This document shows, piece by piece, positions 33,623-43,072 of a DNA stretch of 64,000 bases (position 1 is the stretch's first letter; the number at the start of each line of letters is the position of its first letter). Location of the stretch: sequence record OP045498.1; one strand, written 5' to 3'. The translations under genes were made by a program, and so were the position numbers. The notes below the pieces were generated by a model. That model made no database searches. It was given only the letters and a program-made list of their open reading frames with translations, and was not told the DNA's origin. The stretch comes from Klebsiella phage 150049.

Positions 33623-33838
33623 TTACTTGCCCAGCAGTTTAAGGATATTTTCCTTAATAGTTTGAGCAGATTTTTCACTCTTATTGGTTTCAGCCAGTTT
33701 CAGAGCGAGTTCTTCCTGCTGTTTCTGAATATCAGCAGCAGTTTTCTGGTCAGCTTCAATACGAGCTTGAAGTTCATCAGTAATAGTGGTAAAGGAAGCA
33801 ACGATTTCAGTAACGGAACGTGGTTTCTTAGAGAACAT
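33623..33838 (-). CDS. small coiled-coil protein (71 aa)
   Basis: ORF track. Confidence 0.45.
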   Translation of the reverse strand: MFSKKPRSVTEIVASFTTITDELQARIEADQKTAADIQKQQEELALKLAETNKSEKSAQTIKENILKLLGK

Positions 33839-33869
33839 AAAAATATCCTTAATTAGTCAGAGAAAGAGT

Positions 33870-33892
33870 TAGTATATGGGGCTTTCGCCCCA
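33870..33892 (-). terminator. hairpin TGGGGCTTTCGCCCCA
   Basis: recurrent GGGGCTTTCGCCCC core. Confidence 0.35.
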
Positions 33893-33899
33893 TCAATCA

Positions 33900-34418
33900 T
33901 TACTTCGCTTTACGCTTGCGAGTAGGTTTAGCGGATTTACGATCAGAAGCACCAGTAAACTTAATACCGATACCGTAGCACAGAGCGCGAACGTTGTCAC
34001 GGCTATACTCTACACCGAAAATATTCGGTTTAACGGAGCCAAACTGTCCACGGGATTCGCGCATTACATCAGCCATTGGCTTACGCTTCTGATTGACTGC
34101 TTTTTCGTAGTCTTTCAGAGCCATACCGTTGCGGGCGAACATCTCAGCACCGCCGTTAAAGCTCAGAGTTACCGGTACAGACTTATGACCTTCACCCTTG
34201 ATGAACACAACCTGCTTAGTAGCAGTTGCGCGAGTAGAGTTCTTGGCCTTCGGCTTCTGGCGAACCGGAGCCGCAGACTTCAGGGCAGTCTGAGCCTGAG
34301 CATCAGTAGGATGCTTACGCAGATGACGTTCCAGACGAGCCTTACGATTGGCTTCGGTCTGAGCGAAAGTTTTAACTGCCGGAGCTGCCTGAGTTTTTGC
34401 GTTTTTCTGCTTAGCCAT
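33900..34418 (-). CDS. highly basic, probably nucleic-acid-binding protein (172 aa)
   Basis: K/R-rich termini; high-expression codon usage. Confidence 0.5.
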   Translation of the reverse strand: MAKQKNAKTQAAPAVKTFAQTEANRKARLERHLRKHPTDAQAQTALKSAAPVRQKPKAKNSTRATATKQVVFIKGEGHKSVPVTLSFNGGAEMFARNGMALKDYEKAVNQKRKPMADVMRESRGQFGSVKPNIFGVEYSRDNVRALCYGIGIKFTGASDRKSAKPTRKRKAK

Positions 34419-34449
34419 TATTTGTTTTCCTTTTTGTTGATCAATTTAT

Positions 34450-34485
34450 GAGATATATTATACGAAATTTTGAAGCGTTTAGCAA
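34450..34485 (-). promoter_or_regulatory. T5-type early promoter
   Basis: -10 34457..34462, -35 34480..34485. Confidence 0.6.
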
Positions 34486-34501
34486 ATGAATTTTTTAAAA
34501 A

Positions 34502-34780
34502 TTATCTGCCGATCATCTTAGCTTGTTCCTCACTGGAAACGTACTGATAACCACCCTTGTTATATGCAGGAGCAGTACACAGTTTCTTGCGCTCAATTTC
34601 TTCTTGAGCTTTGCGTTCCCTTTCGGCTAATTCTTCATCTAGATAAACTAGACGTTGCTCCGGAGGTGGTGGAAGCCTAGTTTCTGGCTCACCAATATTT
34701 GCCTTTCTGATCTGACGCGGGGATTGTGCGCGTTTTCTCAAAGGTTTAAATCCTAATGAATTTGAGTTGTAAATTCGCAT
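34502..34780 (-). CDS. hypothetical protein (92 aa)
   Basis: ORF track. Confidence 0.5.
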   Translation of the reverse strand: MRIYNSNSLGFKPLRKRAQSPRQIRKANIGEPETRLPPPPEQRLVYLDEELAERERKAQEEIERKKLCTAPAYNKGGYQYVSSEEQAKMIGR

Positions 34781-34800
34781 AAAGCCCTCCTCACTTTCAA

Positions 34801-34836
34801 TACGAATATTATACTAAATTCGAGGGCTTTAAGCAA
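34801..34836 (-). promoter_or_regulatory. T5-type early promoter
   Basis: -10 34808..34813, -35 34831..34836. Confidence 0.6.
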
Positions 34837-34856
34837 GTGAATTTTTAATTTATTTA

Positions 34857-35333
34857 TTACATCTCAGCAAGTTCTTGCTCAGTAATTACAGTATTGCATA
34901 GAGCATCAACTTCTTCATTACCACGAATACCTGAGTGACCTTTGACCTTAACAAAGGTTGGGTTAGTATCATGGAAATTAATATACTGTTGAGTTAGTTT
35001 AAATGCTTCTTGCCAGAGTTCTAGATTAAGAGGAGTTTCACCATCTCCCTTCTTCCAGCCTTTCTTCTGCCAAGACCACATCCAGCTTTCCATACCATTT
35101 TTGCAGTAAGCAGAATCAGTGTAGATAATTACTGGACGATTATCTTTCTTAGTAGACCAACGAAGAACTTCTACAATTGCAGTAAGTTCCATTTCGTTAT
35201 TAGTAGTTTTAGGGCTGAAGCCAGATTTAGAGCCAATACGATCATCATTATCATTATAGACAACGAATCCCCACGCACCTAAACCAGGATTGCCTTTACA
35301 TGCACCATCTGTATATATGTGGAAAACCGACAT
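34857..35333 (-). CDS. rnhA: ribonuclease H (158 aa)
   Basis: IYTDGACKGNPG..TNNEMEL..YTDS..KGH motifs of RNase HI. Confidence 0.85.
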   Translation of the reverse strand: MSVFHIYTDGACKGNPGLGAWGFVVYNDNDDRIGSKSGFSPKTTNNEMELTAIVEVLRWSTKKDNRPVIIYTDSAYCKNGMESWMWSWQKKGWKKGDGETPLNLELWQEAFKLTQQYINFHDTNPTFVKVKGHSGIRGNEEVDALCNTVITEQELAEM

Positions 35334-35602
35334 TATTTACTCCAATCAATTTCAAGCCAAAAACCTTCACGCTGTTCATACTTAGCTTCTACAACATAAC
35401 CTAGTTTGCTAAGTTTTTGCATGACGCTATTTCTAGCGTTTTCTGAGTATTCAGTTAATCCCTGGATGTGACAGTTAAATTCTTTATCTTTAATAGCTTT
35501 GTCAATCTCTACGGCAATAAGTGATTCTAGGTCAATTACTTCCTTTTTAATGCTAGCAATAGTATTTTGTTTTGCTTCTAAAGCAGATAAAAGAATAGAC
35601 AT
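35333..35602 (-). CDS. hypothetical protein (89 aa)
   Basis: ORF track. Confidence 0.5.
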   Translation of the reverse strand: MSILLSALEAKQNTIASIKKEVIDLESLIAVEIDKAIKDKEFNCHIQGLTEYSENARNSVMQKLSKLGYVVEAKYEQREGFWLEIDWSK

Positions 35603-35604
35603 AT

Positions 35605-36183
35605 TTATTCTCCAGTTACTAAAACATCATGTTGAGAAGATACACCACACATATAATCTGCACAATGCGTAAAAGCCAGATCAATGATTTCAAATATATC
35701 ATCTACATCTAAATCTGTGGCTCGACAATCCGCAATAGCTAAACCTGTACGAATACTGGAAAGTACATCTTCTCCTCCACAGCCTACACCGGCATATTCA
35801 ACTTCTAGAATAGAAGCATTAGATTGGAAAATAAAGATTCTTCCTTTGTAGAGCATAATAAATTGTCCCAGATTAGGTTCAGCATATTTTTCATTTTTCT
35901 TTTCGCCAAAATCTTTCTGGTTAAACATATCACGTAATTTAGGTACTATTTCCGTATATAAATATTTATCATCGGAAATATCTGCTAAACGTGGTGGTAC
36001 AGTAAAGCTATGCTCTAGTAATTGTCCCATGTAGAAGGAACTAGTGTATCCGAAGTACAAATCATCAGAGATTTTGAATACTTTCGGATTTTTAACCAGC
36101 AGTTTCGTATAGCCATTAGAACCCATACGATCACCAGCTAAGTATACTTTATCTTTATATTTAAATGCTACTATGGCTGTCAT
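35605..36183 (-). CDS. Ntn-hydrolase / HslV-proteasome-like protein (192 aa)
   Basis: MTAIVAFKYKDKVYLAGD: Thr at position 2 followed by beta-strand pattern as in HslV. Confidence 0.45.
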   Translation of the reverse strand: MTAIVAFKYKDKVYLAGDRMGSNGYTKLLVKNPKVFKISDDLYFGYTSSFYMGQLLEHSFTVPPRLADISDDKYLYTEIVPKLRDMFNQKDFGEKKNEKYAEPNLGQFIMLYKGRIFIFQSNASILEVEYAGVGCGGEDVLSSIRTGLAIADCRATDLDVDDIFEIIDLAFTHCADYMCGVSSQHDVLVTGE

Positions 36184-36206
36184 TATTAAATCCTTCTGTC
36201 AAATTA

Positions 36207-36242
36207 GAAGTATATTATATTTGAATTTCACTCAGTAAGCAA
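36207..36242 (-). promoter_or_regulatory. T5-type early promoter
   Basis: -10 36214..36219, -35 36237..36242. Confidence 0.55.
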
Positions 36243-36244
36243 AT

Positions 36245-36275
36245 GAAATTTAAATATAATAGCCCCGAAGGGCTA
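36245..36275 (-). terminator. hairpin TAGCCCCGAAGGGCTA (GNRA-like loop) terminator
   Basis: 36260..36275. Confidence 0.45.
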
Positions 36276-36281
36276 TTTGAA

Positions 36282-36635
36282 TTAGATTATAATCAAGATT
36301 ATTAGGGCGTATGTCAGATAATGCAGTAACTGATCAAATCCTAAAGCTATCCAAAACTTAGCATCGCTTATAGCGTATTTACAGCGTTGTGCTTTCCAAT
36401 AATCTATAATAAAGTGTAGAATTAATTCCATAATAGCTAAAGCTATAGACATTCCTGGTGATGTGAATAGGATTAGAATTGCAAATGTTAATCCAGCATG
36501 TACTAGTGAATGGGTTAATAATGGAAGTTTCCACCCTATTTTATGCGTCTTTCTTAGCATATATGGTGTTTGGAGTGGATAATCGGCCATAAAATGTTTT
36601 AGAAAGAATATGACAAATAATAGTATAATTAACAT
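36282..36635 (-). CDS. membrane protein (117 aa)
   Basis: 3 TM segments. Confidence 0.5.
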   Translation of the reverse strand: MLIILLFVIFFLKHFMADYPLQTPYMLRKTHKIGWKLPLLTHSLVHAGLTFAILILFTSPGMSIALAIMELILHFIIDYWKAQRCKYAISDAKFWIALGFDQLLHYLTYALIILIII

Positions 36636-36638
36636 ATG

Positions 36639-37493
36639 TTACACCGTAAATGGATATGCAATAGCAGGATGGTGTTCATAGCCACGAACAGTAAAATCAT
36701 CCTTACTTACCCACGTTAATACATCATCCAAAGTTCTAATATTTGGATTGATTTCTAAAGTAGGAGATGCAAAAGGTTCACGATCGAATTGCTTGTGTTC
36801 CATCAGAACATTATACTGATCTTCATAGATATGAAGATTGATAATCTTTTGACGAGCAATACCTGGCTTAAGACCTGTAATCTGTGCCATAATAGCTAGA
36901 AGTGCATAGCATTGCACCATATTAAATACTTGGCCCAGCAAGAAATCATTAGACCTCTGGAAAGAGTTTAGGTATAGTGTATCACCTAAAATAGAGAATT
37001 GATGGGTATGCATACACGGACGTAGGCATCCTTTACGAAATTCCCCAGGGTTCCAAAAAGTTAAAATTTCTCCACGATCGTCAATCCCTCTTTTCAAATT
37101 ATGATAGACTTTGGCTAACTGATCAAATACCATACCATCAGAATTAGTCCAATGACGTCCTTGAACACCATAGACTCGTCCCATATCATCCTCGCCTTTA
37201 CGGAATGGATTACCTAGCCAGGCAATATTTTCATTTGCATTAGCATTCCATGTATTAACACCAATAGCGCGGAATTGTGCTGCTGAGTCGTACCCACGGA
37301 GATATCCTATCATTTCCATTATTGCTTGTTTAGCAAATGCTTTACGAGTAGTTACTAGCGGCAGTTCTCCTGCTCCTACGTTAAAGGTAAAGTCTGCATC
37401 AATAATGGTTAGGCAACGAACCCCTGTTCTAGGATTCGTTACCCATACACCCTCTTCAAGAATACGTTTTCCAGTTTCAATATATTGCTTCAT
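36639..37493 (-). CDS. thyA: thymidylate synthase (284 aa)
   Basis: RPCMHTHQF active-site region, DRR, size. Confidence 0.9.
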   Translation of the reverse strand: MKQYIETGKRILEEGVWVTNPRTGVRCLTIIDADFTFNVGAGELPLVTTRKAFAKQAIMEMIGYLRGYDSAAQFRAIGVNTWNANANENIAWLGNPFRKGEDDMGRVYGVQGRHWTNSDGMVFDQLAKVYHNLKRGIDDRGEILTFWNPGEFRKGCLRPCMHTHQFSILGDTLYLNSFQRSNDFLLGQVFNMVQCYALLAIMAQITGLKPGIARQKIINLHIYEDQYNVLMEHKQFDREPFASPTLEINPNIRTLDDVLTWVSKDDFTVRGYEHHPAIAYPFTV

Positions 37494-38020
37494 TTAAATA
37501 TCACCAATTCTTGTAAGAATGAAAGTGTTTTATCTGCATTCTGTCCTGCCACATAGTCCATTCTAGTTGCCATTGAATTAGTTAAAGTAATGTGATGATG
37601 AAGATGTACATCAGCAGATAATGGTGTGGCTGAAGTAATAGTAGAGATATACGCCATATCTAGATGATTTTTGACATACATTTCAAGAAGCAGAGTTGCT
37701 CCCCCTAATACTACAGTTACCTCTTCCTTGAGAAAATCAGGCAGACGGTATCCAATGTTGCTTATGCGTGTAGCTGATCCTACAGAGTTAGGTAGTGGTC
37801 TATTTGCATAAATAAATAGGTCAGAATCTCCTAGTATTCTTTTTTGCAGAGTCTCAGGGAAGGCTAACCAAGTTCCTGCTCCTACAATAATATTATCAGG
37901 TGCTAGAGAATCCAAAGTAGCATAGAAAGTATTTAGTTCTTCTTTGAAAGAACCCCAAGGGAGTTTACCATTGAGGCCGAACTCCCCATTCGGCCCAGTT
38001 GCATAGATTGCTGCTATCAT
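37490..38020 (-). CDS. frd: dihydrofolate reductase (176 aa)
   Basis: MIAAI..NGKLPW N-terminus; adjacent to thyA. Confidence 0.8.
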   Translation of the reverse strand: MIAAIYATGPNGEFGLNGKLPWGSFKEELNTFYATLDSLAPDNIIVGAGTWLAFPETLQKRILGDSDLFIYANRPLPNSVGSATRISNIGYRLPDFLKEEVTVVLGGATLLLEMYVKNHLDMAYISTITSATPLSADVHLHHHITLTNSMATRMDYVAGQNADKTLSFLQELVIFK

Positions 38021-39165
38021 TAGAACATACCCTCAAATTCGTTGCCAAGATCTTTCAGAGTATCAGCAGAGGTTTCAGTTACCTGACCTACACGATATGC
38101 TGCACCAATCTGAATCTCTTGCGGAGCAGGTTGTAAAGATGTAGTATCCAACCAGTTCATAATCCACGGAATAGGGTTCTTAGTAATTACAGGTAAGTGG
38201 CTTGGCCATTCTACACCAATGTGCATAAATGCGTTACGTCCTACAAAGTAAAGGTATTCTTCAAGCAATTCTGCGTTCAAACCAATCAGACTGCGGCCTT
38301 TAAAGATAAAGTGGCCCCATTCAATCTCAGTTTTCAGAGTTTTTAGGAGTTGTGCTGGTGCTTTAGCTAATGCTTCGTCTACCAGATCTTTATCAAACTG
38401 CTGGAACATAATCTGGATGATAGCTTTAGACATTTGAGTATGTAGAGCTTCATCTTTAGCGATTAATTGCAGGTTCTTAGCAATACCTTGCAGAATATCG
38501 TTCTCTGCTAGAGCAAAGGTACATGCAAAGGATGCGTAGAACTGCATTGCTTCCAGACCGTAGATTGCAAAGTAAGCATCTAACAGCTTAGCCTGAGTTT
38601 CACGTTTAACTTCAGGGAACTCAGTTTCTGGATAAGTATTATCACCACGATGATCACGTACTGCAAGGAAATACTGACCTAACAGATACAATTCATCAAA
38701 CAGTTCAACAGAATCTGCGATACGTGCAAATGCTTCTTGGTTTTTAGTTACAGAATCAATAAATTCTGCTGGATCAGTCAGAACGTTACGAATAATATTA
38801 CTATACGCACGGCTGTGCAGATCTTCGAAGTAGCTCCACTGCTTGAGCATACCCTCCAATTCAGGACGGCTTACAAGCGGCATAATAGCTGCTTCAGGAG
38901 CACGGCTAATGAAAGAATCTGTTTGAGTCTGCCATGCTAAGTTCAGGAGAGTAATTTCCTGAATATCACGCGGAAGGTTTGGCCATTGTTTCTTATCGGC
39001 TTCCAGACTGATTTCAGTTTCAGTCCAAAATTGAGAACGTTGCAGAAGTGCTAGACGCTCAAGTTCAGGATGTGCTACACGAACGTAATCTGCGATACCA
39101 AGAGAATCGCCCAGGAAAAGGTCAGCGTTAGTATGATCCCAATTCAGGTTTAGTAAAGTAGTCAT
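38020..39165 (-). CDS. nrdB: ribonucleotide reductase class Ia beta subunit (381 aa)
   Basis: di-iron ligand pattern, C-terminal tail; follows nrdA. Confidence 0.9.
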   Translation of the reverse strand: MTTLLNLNWDHTNADLFLGDSLGIADYVRVAHPELERLALLQRSQFWTETEISLEADKKQWPNLPRDIQEITLLNLAWQTQTDSFISRAPEAAIMPLVSRPELEGMLKQWSYFEDLHSRAYSNIIRNVLTDPAEFIDSVTKNQEAFARIADSVELFDELYLLGQYFLAVRDHRGDNTYPETEFPEVKRETQAKLLDAYFAIYGLEAMQFYASFACTFALAENDILQGIAKNLQLIAKDEALHTQMSKAIIQIMFQQFDKDLVDEALAKAPAQLLKTLKTEIEWGHFIFKGRSLIGLNAELLEEYLYFVGRNAFMHIGVEWPSHLPVITKNPIPWIMNWLDTTSLQPAPQEIQIGAAYRVGQVTETSADTLKDLGNEFEGMF

Positions 39166-39189
39166 TGATTTTCCTCTTTCTCACTATTT

Positions 39190-39225
39190 CAGGAATATTA
39201 TAGCAAATCTGGTAGCGATTAGCAA
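39190..39225 (-). promoter_or_regulatory. T5-type early promoter (internal to nrdA-nrdB)
   Basis: -10 39197..39202, -35 39220..39225. Confidence 0.55.
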
Positions 39226-39271
39226 GTAAAATTTCAAAGAAAAAGGAGACCCGAAGATCTCCTTGTTTTTA

Positions 39272-41602
39272 TTACAGGTTACAACCACCTGATGCACAAC
39301 CTGCTGCTTCTTCACCAGCTCCACCACCATTTTCAGTGTTGAAGTTAGCGTAGTACCAAGTTTTCCAGCCGTACTTAACAGCAGTCATGAAATCACGAAC
39401 TACTACTGGACCAGGAATGATTTCATTCTCAAACTTGGTGTAGTCATAGTACATATTCGTACTGATAGACTGACTGAAGAATTTCTGCATGGTTGCTACC
39501 CATTTGATCCACTCGATACGATCTACATCATAAGCCAGTTTATAACTCATTAATGTATCCCAATCGGTTGCACCTGGAGCAATTGCAATTACTTTATTCA
39601 CTGCACTACCCTTGATAGATACAATCTTACGAGGCGGCTCGATAGAGTTAGTAACACCTAGCAGTACAGAGGAACTTTCACCCGGCATCTGAGCAGTCAG
39701 AACAGAGTTGCGCATACCATATTTCAGAATATCTGCACGTAGAGATTCCCAATCCATTTCTAGACCTACAGTTACCAGTTCATCAACAGTTTTCTTGTAC
39801 GTGTCGATTACCAGAGTTCCTTTGGATGGTTTAGTACGATTAAACCAGTCACATGCACCTTGTTCTTTAGCCAGACGTACAGAGGCTTTGTGCAGGAAGT
39901 AGGACAGCTTTTCAGCTTCACGGTGAATCCAGTTACGGGCTTCAACACCTTCGTAAGCCAAACCTTCTGCTGCCATTGCACCTGCCGCGTTCATCAGACC
40001 AATACCAACGTTACGACGTTTCTTAGCCGTGTATTCCATGGTTGGGAATGGGTAGTCCTGAATCTCGATGATTGTATCAACGAATTTCAGAAGGATGTAG
40101 CAAGTTTTCTCCCATTCAGCTAGAGATTCCATGCGACCTAGTACAACACCACCTAAGTTACACAAAGATACTTCACCAATATCTTCTGGACGCATATCGT
40201 CTAACTGATCTTGGGTCTTATACAGTTCCGTAATGTGATGGAATGGACGGGTTGGCTGAGTAATTTCAACACAAAGGTTGGTCATACGAATCGGGTCAAG
40301 GAAGTTACCATGACGGTTAGATTCACCAATGTGATGAGCATACATACGCCCTGTTTCCATACGGATACGTAACCAAGTATCTAGGATTTCTTTTGCAGAG
40401 ATTCTAGGAGCTGCTGGAATTGTTTTTCCTTCGTGGTCGATCTTTGTAAGAGATGCCACACGTTTCTCCGCTGCCACGTAGATTTCTTCAAACTTAGCCT
40501 CATCTTCACCATAAAACGCTTCATGAACTTCTGGTGCGTAGAAGTAGGACATTAGCGTAATATCTTCGTTTTTCAGGTAACGTTTTAACAGAAGGTTGTT
40601 AAAGCTCAGAGAATAATCCATCTTATCGATTTTATTCTCGTCTGTAGCACGTTGCTGCTTAACCTGCATCAACTGAATGATTTCAGGATCGAAGTATGGA
40701 TAAGACACAGTAGCAGAACCGCCACGGGTTTGCTGAGTGTTAGCTTTTACTGAACGGTCAATGTGTCGATAATATGGCAGTTTTCCGGAATGCGGGAATG
40801 CCCCATTTCGCACCGGATCAGCAATTGATCGGCTTTCAAGATGATACCCGATTCCCGCTCTGGCTGCGACCATTTTGAAGACGATATGCTCGGCTGTGTC
40901 GATTGAATCGAGGGTATCAGTACTATCAACAAGACAACAAGAAGCAAAACCGCGGTCACTAGAGCGCAGGCCAACCAGTGGCGGCGTAGGAACGTTGATT
41001 TTGTGGAGCGACATTGCATTGTAGAGGTCGATTGCATCTAGAATTGTCCAGTTAGGTTGAGATAACATCGCCATTGCCATACCCATGTAGGCAAACTGCG
41101 GGGTTTCATAAATTTCACCAGTTGCAATATTACGACGGGAATACTTGTCGAAGAACTGTTTCAGTCCACCACTGGTGAATAAACGATCACGATCATGATC
41201 AATAACTTGATTAAGAGCTTCAAATTGTTCATCGGTAATCCATGCACTCATGTCTTCCCAAGCTCCAACACTAACCATATGATCGTGGAAGAAACGCAGA
41301 GAAGGAGGCTCGAAGGAATCATATAGACGTTTACGCATCTGCGCAAGACGTAATTCCTTAGCCGGCACGTCATATGCTGGGTTATCTTTGATAAGACCTT
41401 CAGCGGCTTTAATTAACGCATCCATTAGGGTGTCGGAGTCTACAACACCTTTAGGTAGAGTTTTTTGAGCAGCCATAGTGATGGATGACCAGCTTACATC
41501 AACTGTTTTGCAGCCATACACTGCCCAACCATTGAGTTTTTCAGGAGCAAAGTCTTCTACAGTACCGTCACGTTTAATTACTTTTTCTATGCGATGGCTC
41601 AT
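39272..41602 (-). CDS. nrdA: ribonucleotide reductase class Ia alpha subunit (776 aa from MSHRIEK)
   Basis: ATP-cone VIKRDG, catalytic Cys/Asn/Glu region, C-terminal CxxC..CN; RBS AAAGGAAAG before ATG 41602. Confidence 0.9.
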   Translation of the reverse strand: MSHRIEKVIKRDGTVEDFAPEKLNGWAVYGCKTVDVSWSSITMAAQKTLPKGVVDSDTLMDALIKAAEGLIKDNPAYDVPAKELRLAQMRKRLYDSFEPPSLRFFHDHMVSVGAWEDMSAWITDEQFEALNQVIDHDRDRLFTSGGLKQFFDKYSRRNIATGEIYETPQFAYMGMAMAMLSQPNWTILDAIDLYNAMSLHKINVPTPPLVGLRSSDRGFASCCLVDSTDTLDSIDTAEHIVFKMVAARAGIGYHLESRSIADPVRNGAFPHSGKLPYYRHIDRSVKANTQQTRGGSATVSYPYFDPEIIQLMQVKQQRATDENKIDKMDYSLSFNNLLLKRYLKNEDITLMSYFYAPEVHEAFYGEDEAKFEEIYVAAEKRVASLTKIDHEGKTIPAAPRISAKEILDTWLRIRMETGRMYAHHIGESNRHGNFLDPIRMTNLCVEITQPTRPFHHITELYKTQDQLDDMRPEDIGEVSLCNLGGVVLGRMESLAEWEKTCYILLKFVDTIIEIQDYPFPTMEYTAKKRRNVGIGLMNAAGAMAAEGLAYEGVEARNWIHREAEKLSYFLHKASVRLAKEQGACDWFNRTKPSKGTLVIDTYKKTVDELVTVGLEMDWESLRADILKYGMRNSVLTAQMPGESSSVLLGVTNSIEPPRKIVSIKGSAVNKVIAIAPGATDWDTLMSYKLAYDVDRIEWIKWVATMQKFFSQSISTNMYYDYTKFENEIIPGPVVVRDFMTAVKYGWKTWYYANFNTENGGGAGEEAAGCASGGCNL

Positions 41603-41658
41603 TTGGCTTTCCTTTTTGTAGTTATCAGGATTTAGGAAATAGTTTACTTTATTATCAG

Positions 41659-41693
41659 TCATTTGGCAAATAAAATTTTCTGATAGAAAAGGC
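41659..41693 (-). promoter_or_regulatory. conserved 17-mer TTGGCAAATAAAATTTT upstream of nrdA (shared with nrdD upstream region)
   Basis: identical 17-mer at 42958..42974. Confidence 0.35.
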
Positions 41694-41723
41694 CCGAGTA
41701 TTTTCATACCCAGGCCTTCTATA

Positions 41724-41966
41724 TTACCAGTCTAGTTTTTCGGCTTGATTAATTACTTTTGCTTTCGCATTCGCCCTCAGAAGAATATCTACTGATGTTG
41801 AAAGTTCATTATAATTAAAAGGCCGATTTGGATTAGAGGCTACAATTTTCCACGCTAGGGTAGTCTTAGGACTTTCTTCCCCTTCCTTACGTGTAATCAT
41901 ATTAGCAGCACTCAATGAAGTACGGTGGATCTTAGTTTTGCGGTGCAGATGTACGACGTTTCCCAT
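41724..41966 (-). CDS. hypothetical protein (80 aa)
   Basis: ORF track. Confidence 0.45.
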   Translation of the reverse strand: MGNVVHLHRKTKIHRTSLSAANMITRKEGEESPKTTLAWKIVASNPNRPFNYNELSTSVDILLRANAKAKVINQAEKLDW

Positions 41967-41967
41967 A

Positions 41968-42729
41968 TTACACCTTCCCCATATCCTTAAAGATATCGTA
42001 GAATGCTTTAGACTCTGGTGAGCGAACGTTGTCGATCAGTTCGATCATAGAGAAAGGAGAGTTTTCGTACTTCTCATAGACTTCCATAAGAAGTGCTAGA
42101 CCTGAATCACCCTTGATGTCTTTCTGAGCTATATCTCCACAGATAATTAAACGACAATCTTGTCCTACACGAGTCAAAAGACAGATCATTGCTTCAACGG
42201 AGATATTCTGAGCTTCATCGACAATTACATAGGAGTTGTTGAAAGTTCGGCCACGGGCATGTTCGATAGCCAGGAATTTAATTTTCTGACGTTCGACATA
42301 TCCTTTGTAGGCGTGATCACCGATTGCCCATTTCATGCCATCGGCTATTGGTTCCAACCAAGGCTCTAGCTTTTCTGCCAGATCACCTGGGAGCATACCA
42401 AGAGATTTACCTAGAGGTTCGTTCGGACGCACGAGGATCACTTGCTCAATATCTGAGTGAATGTCTACGAGTTCCTGAGCTGCAAGAACGGACGGAATAA
42501 AGGTTTTACCAGTACCTGGTTCACCAATACCCACAGTCACTGTGTTGTTCTTGATCATATTGATATATGATTTTTGCTCACGGTTTTTACCAACTAGGGA
42601 TTTAGCAACTGGATTGGCGTAATCACCAGAGAAATCTGCTTGAATTACGTTACTCTCATACTTGTTGCCACGCTTTCTTGAACCATTGCGGTTCTCTCTT
42701 TTTTGACGTGCTTTTCCCATAAATAACAC
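41968..42729 (-). CDS. phoH: PhoH-like ATPase (253 aa)
   Basis: Walker A GEPGTGKT, Walker B IVDEAQN. Confidence 0.85.
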   Translation of the reverse strand: MLFMGKARQKRENRNGSRKRGNKYESNVIQADFSGDYANPVAKSLVGKNREQKSYINMIKNNTVTVGIGEPGTGKTFIPSVLAAQELVDIHSDIEQVILVRPNEPLGKSLGMLPGDLAEKLEPWLEPIADGMKWAIGDHAYKGYVERQKIKFLAIEHARGRTFNNSYVIVDEAQNISVEAMICLLTRVGQDCRLIICGDIAQKDIKGDSGLALLMEVYEKYENSPFSMIELIDNVRSPESKAFYDIFKDMGKV

Positions 42730-42786
42730 TCCTATAGTGTACTTCGCTAACAGAGGATCAACAAAAAGATCTTGTTTATCAACTTA

Positions 42787-42822
42787 CAAATATATTATAC
42801 CAATATATACGGGAGAAAGCAA
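42787..42822 (-). promoter_or_regulatory. T5-type early promoter (first of the leftward block)
   Basis: -10 42794..42799, -35 42817..42822. Confidence 0.6.
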
Positions 42823-42976
42823 CTACAATTTTAAATAAGCCTATGATATTGCATTTAAATAAAAAATTTGCTTGCTTTTATTGGGAGATGTATGGTACTA
42901 GATAATCATTTTATATCGCGTACACGGGTGCGTGATTATACTATTTTTAGTAGAGGTTGGCAAATAAAATTTTTTG

Positions 42977-42990
42977 ACTCAGATCATGTT
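42977..42990 (+). promoter_or_regulatory. FNR-like box TTGACTCAGATCAT upstream of nrdD
   Basis: matches TTGAT-N4-ATCAA with two mismatches; 25 nt upstream of -35. Confidence 0.35.
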
Positions 42991-43014
42991 ACAGAACTTT
43001 ATAGTAAAATATTG

Positions 43015-43050
43015 TTGACATCCGCCTTCGAATGAGTTATAATAGTAGTC
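43015..43050 (+). promoter_or_regulatory. strong sigma70 promoter TTGACA-17-TATAAT for nrdD
   Basis: -35 43015..43020, -10 43038..43043; RBS AAGGAGGG. Confidence 0.7.
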
Positions 43051-43072
43051 TTAGTTAGAGAAGGAGGGTATA

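Noticed and set aside
41603-41707. N-terminal 35-aa extension of NrdA in the ORF track
   Set aside because: Internal ATG at 41602 has a good RBS and begins the ATP-cone (MSHRIEKVIKRDG). The extension overlaps the shared 17-mer regulatory region.
1776-42822. The 25 near-identical ~60-nt promoter blocks as a possible CRISPR-like or tandem-repeat array
   Set aside because: Copies are kilobases apart, each precedes a gene with an RBS, and they match sigma70 -35/-10 geometry. They are promoters, not a repeat array. No CRISPR repeats, integrase, transposase or att-like sites were seen in the window.
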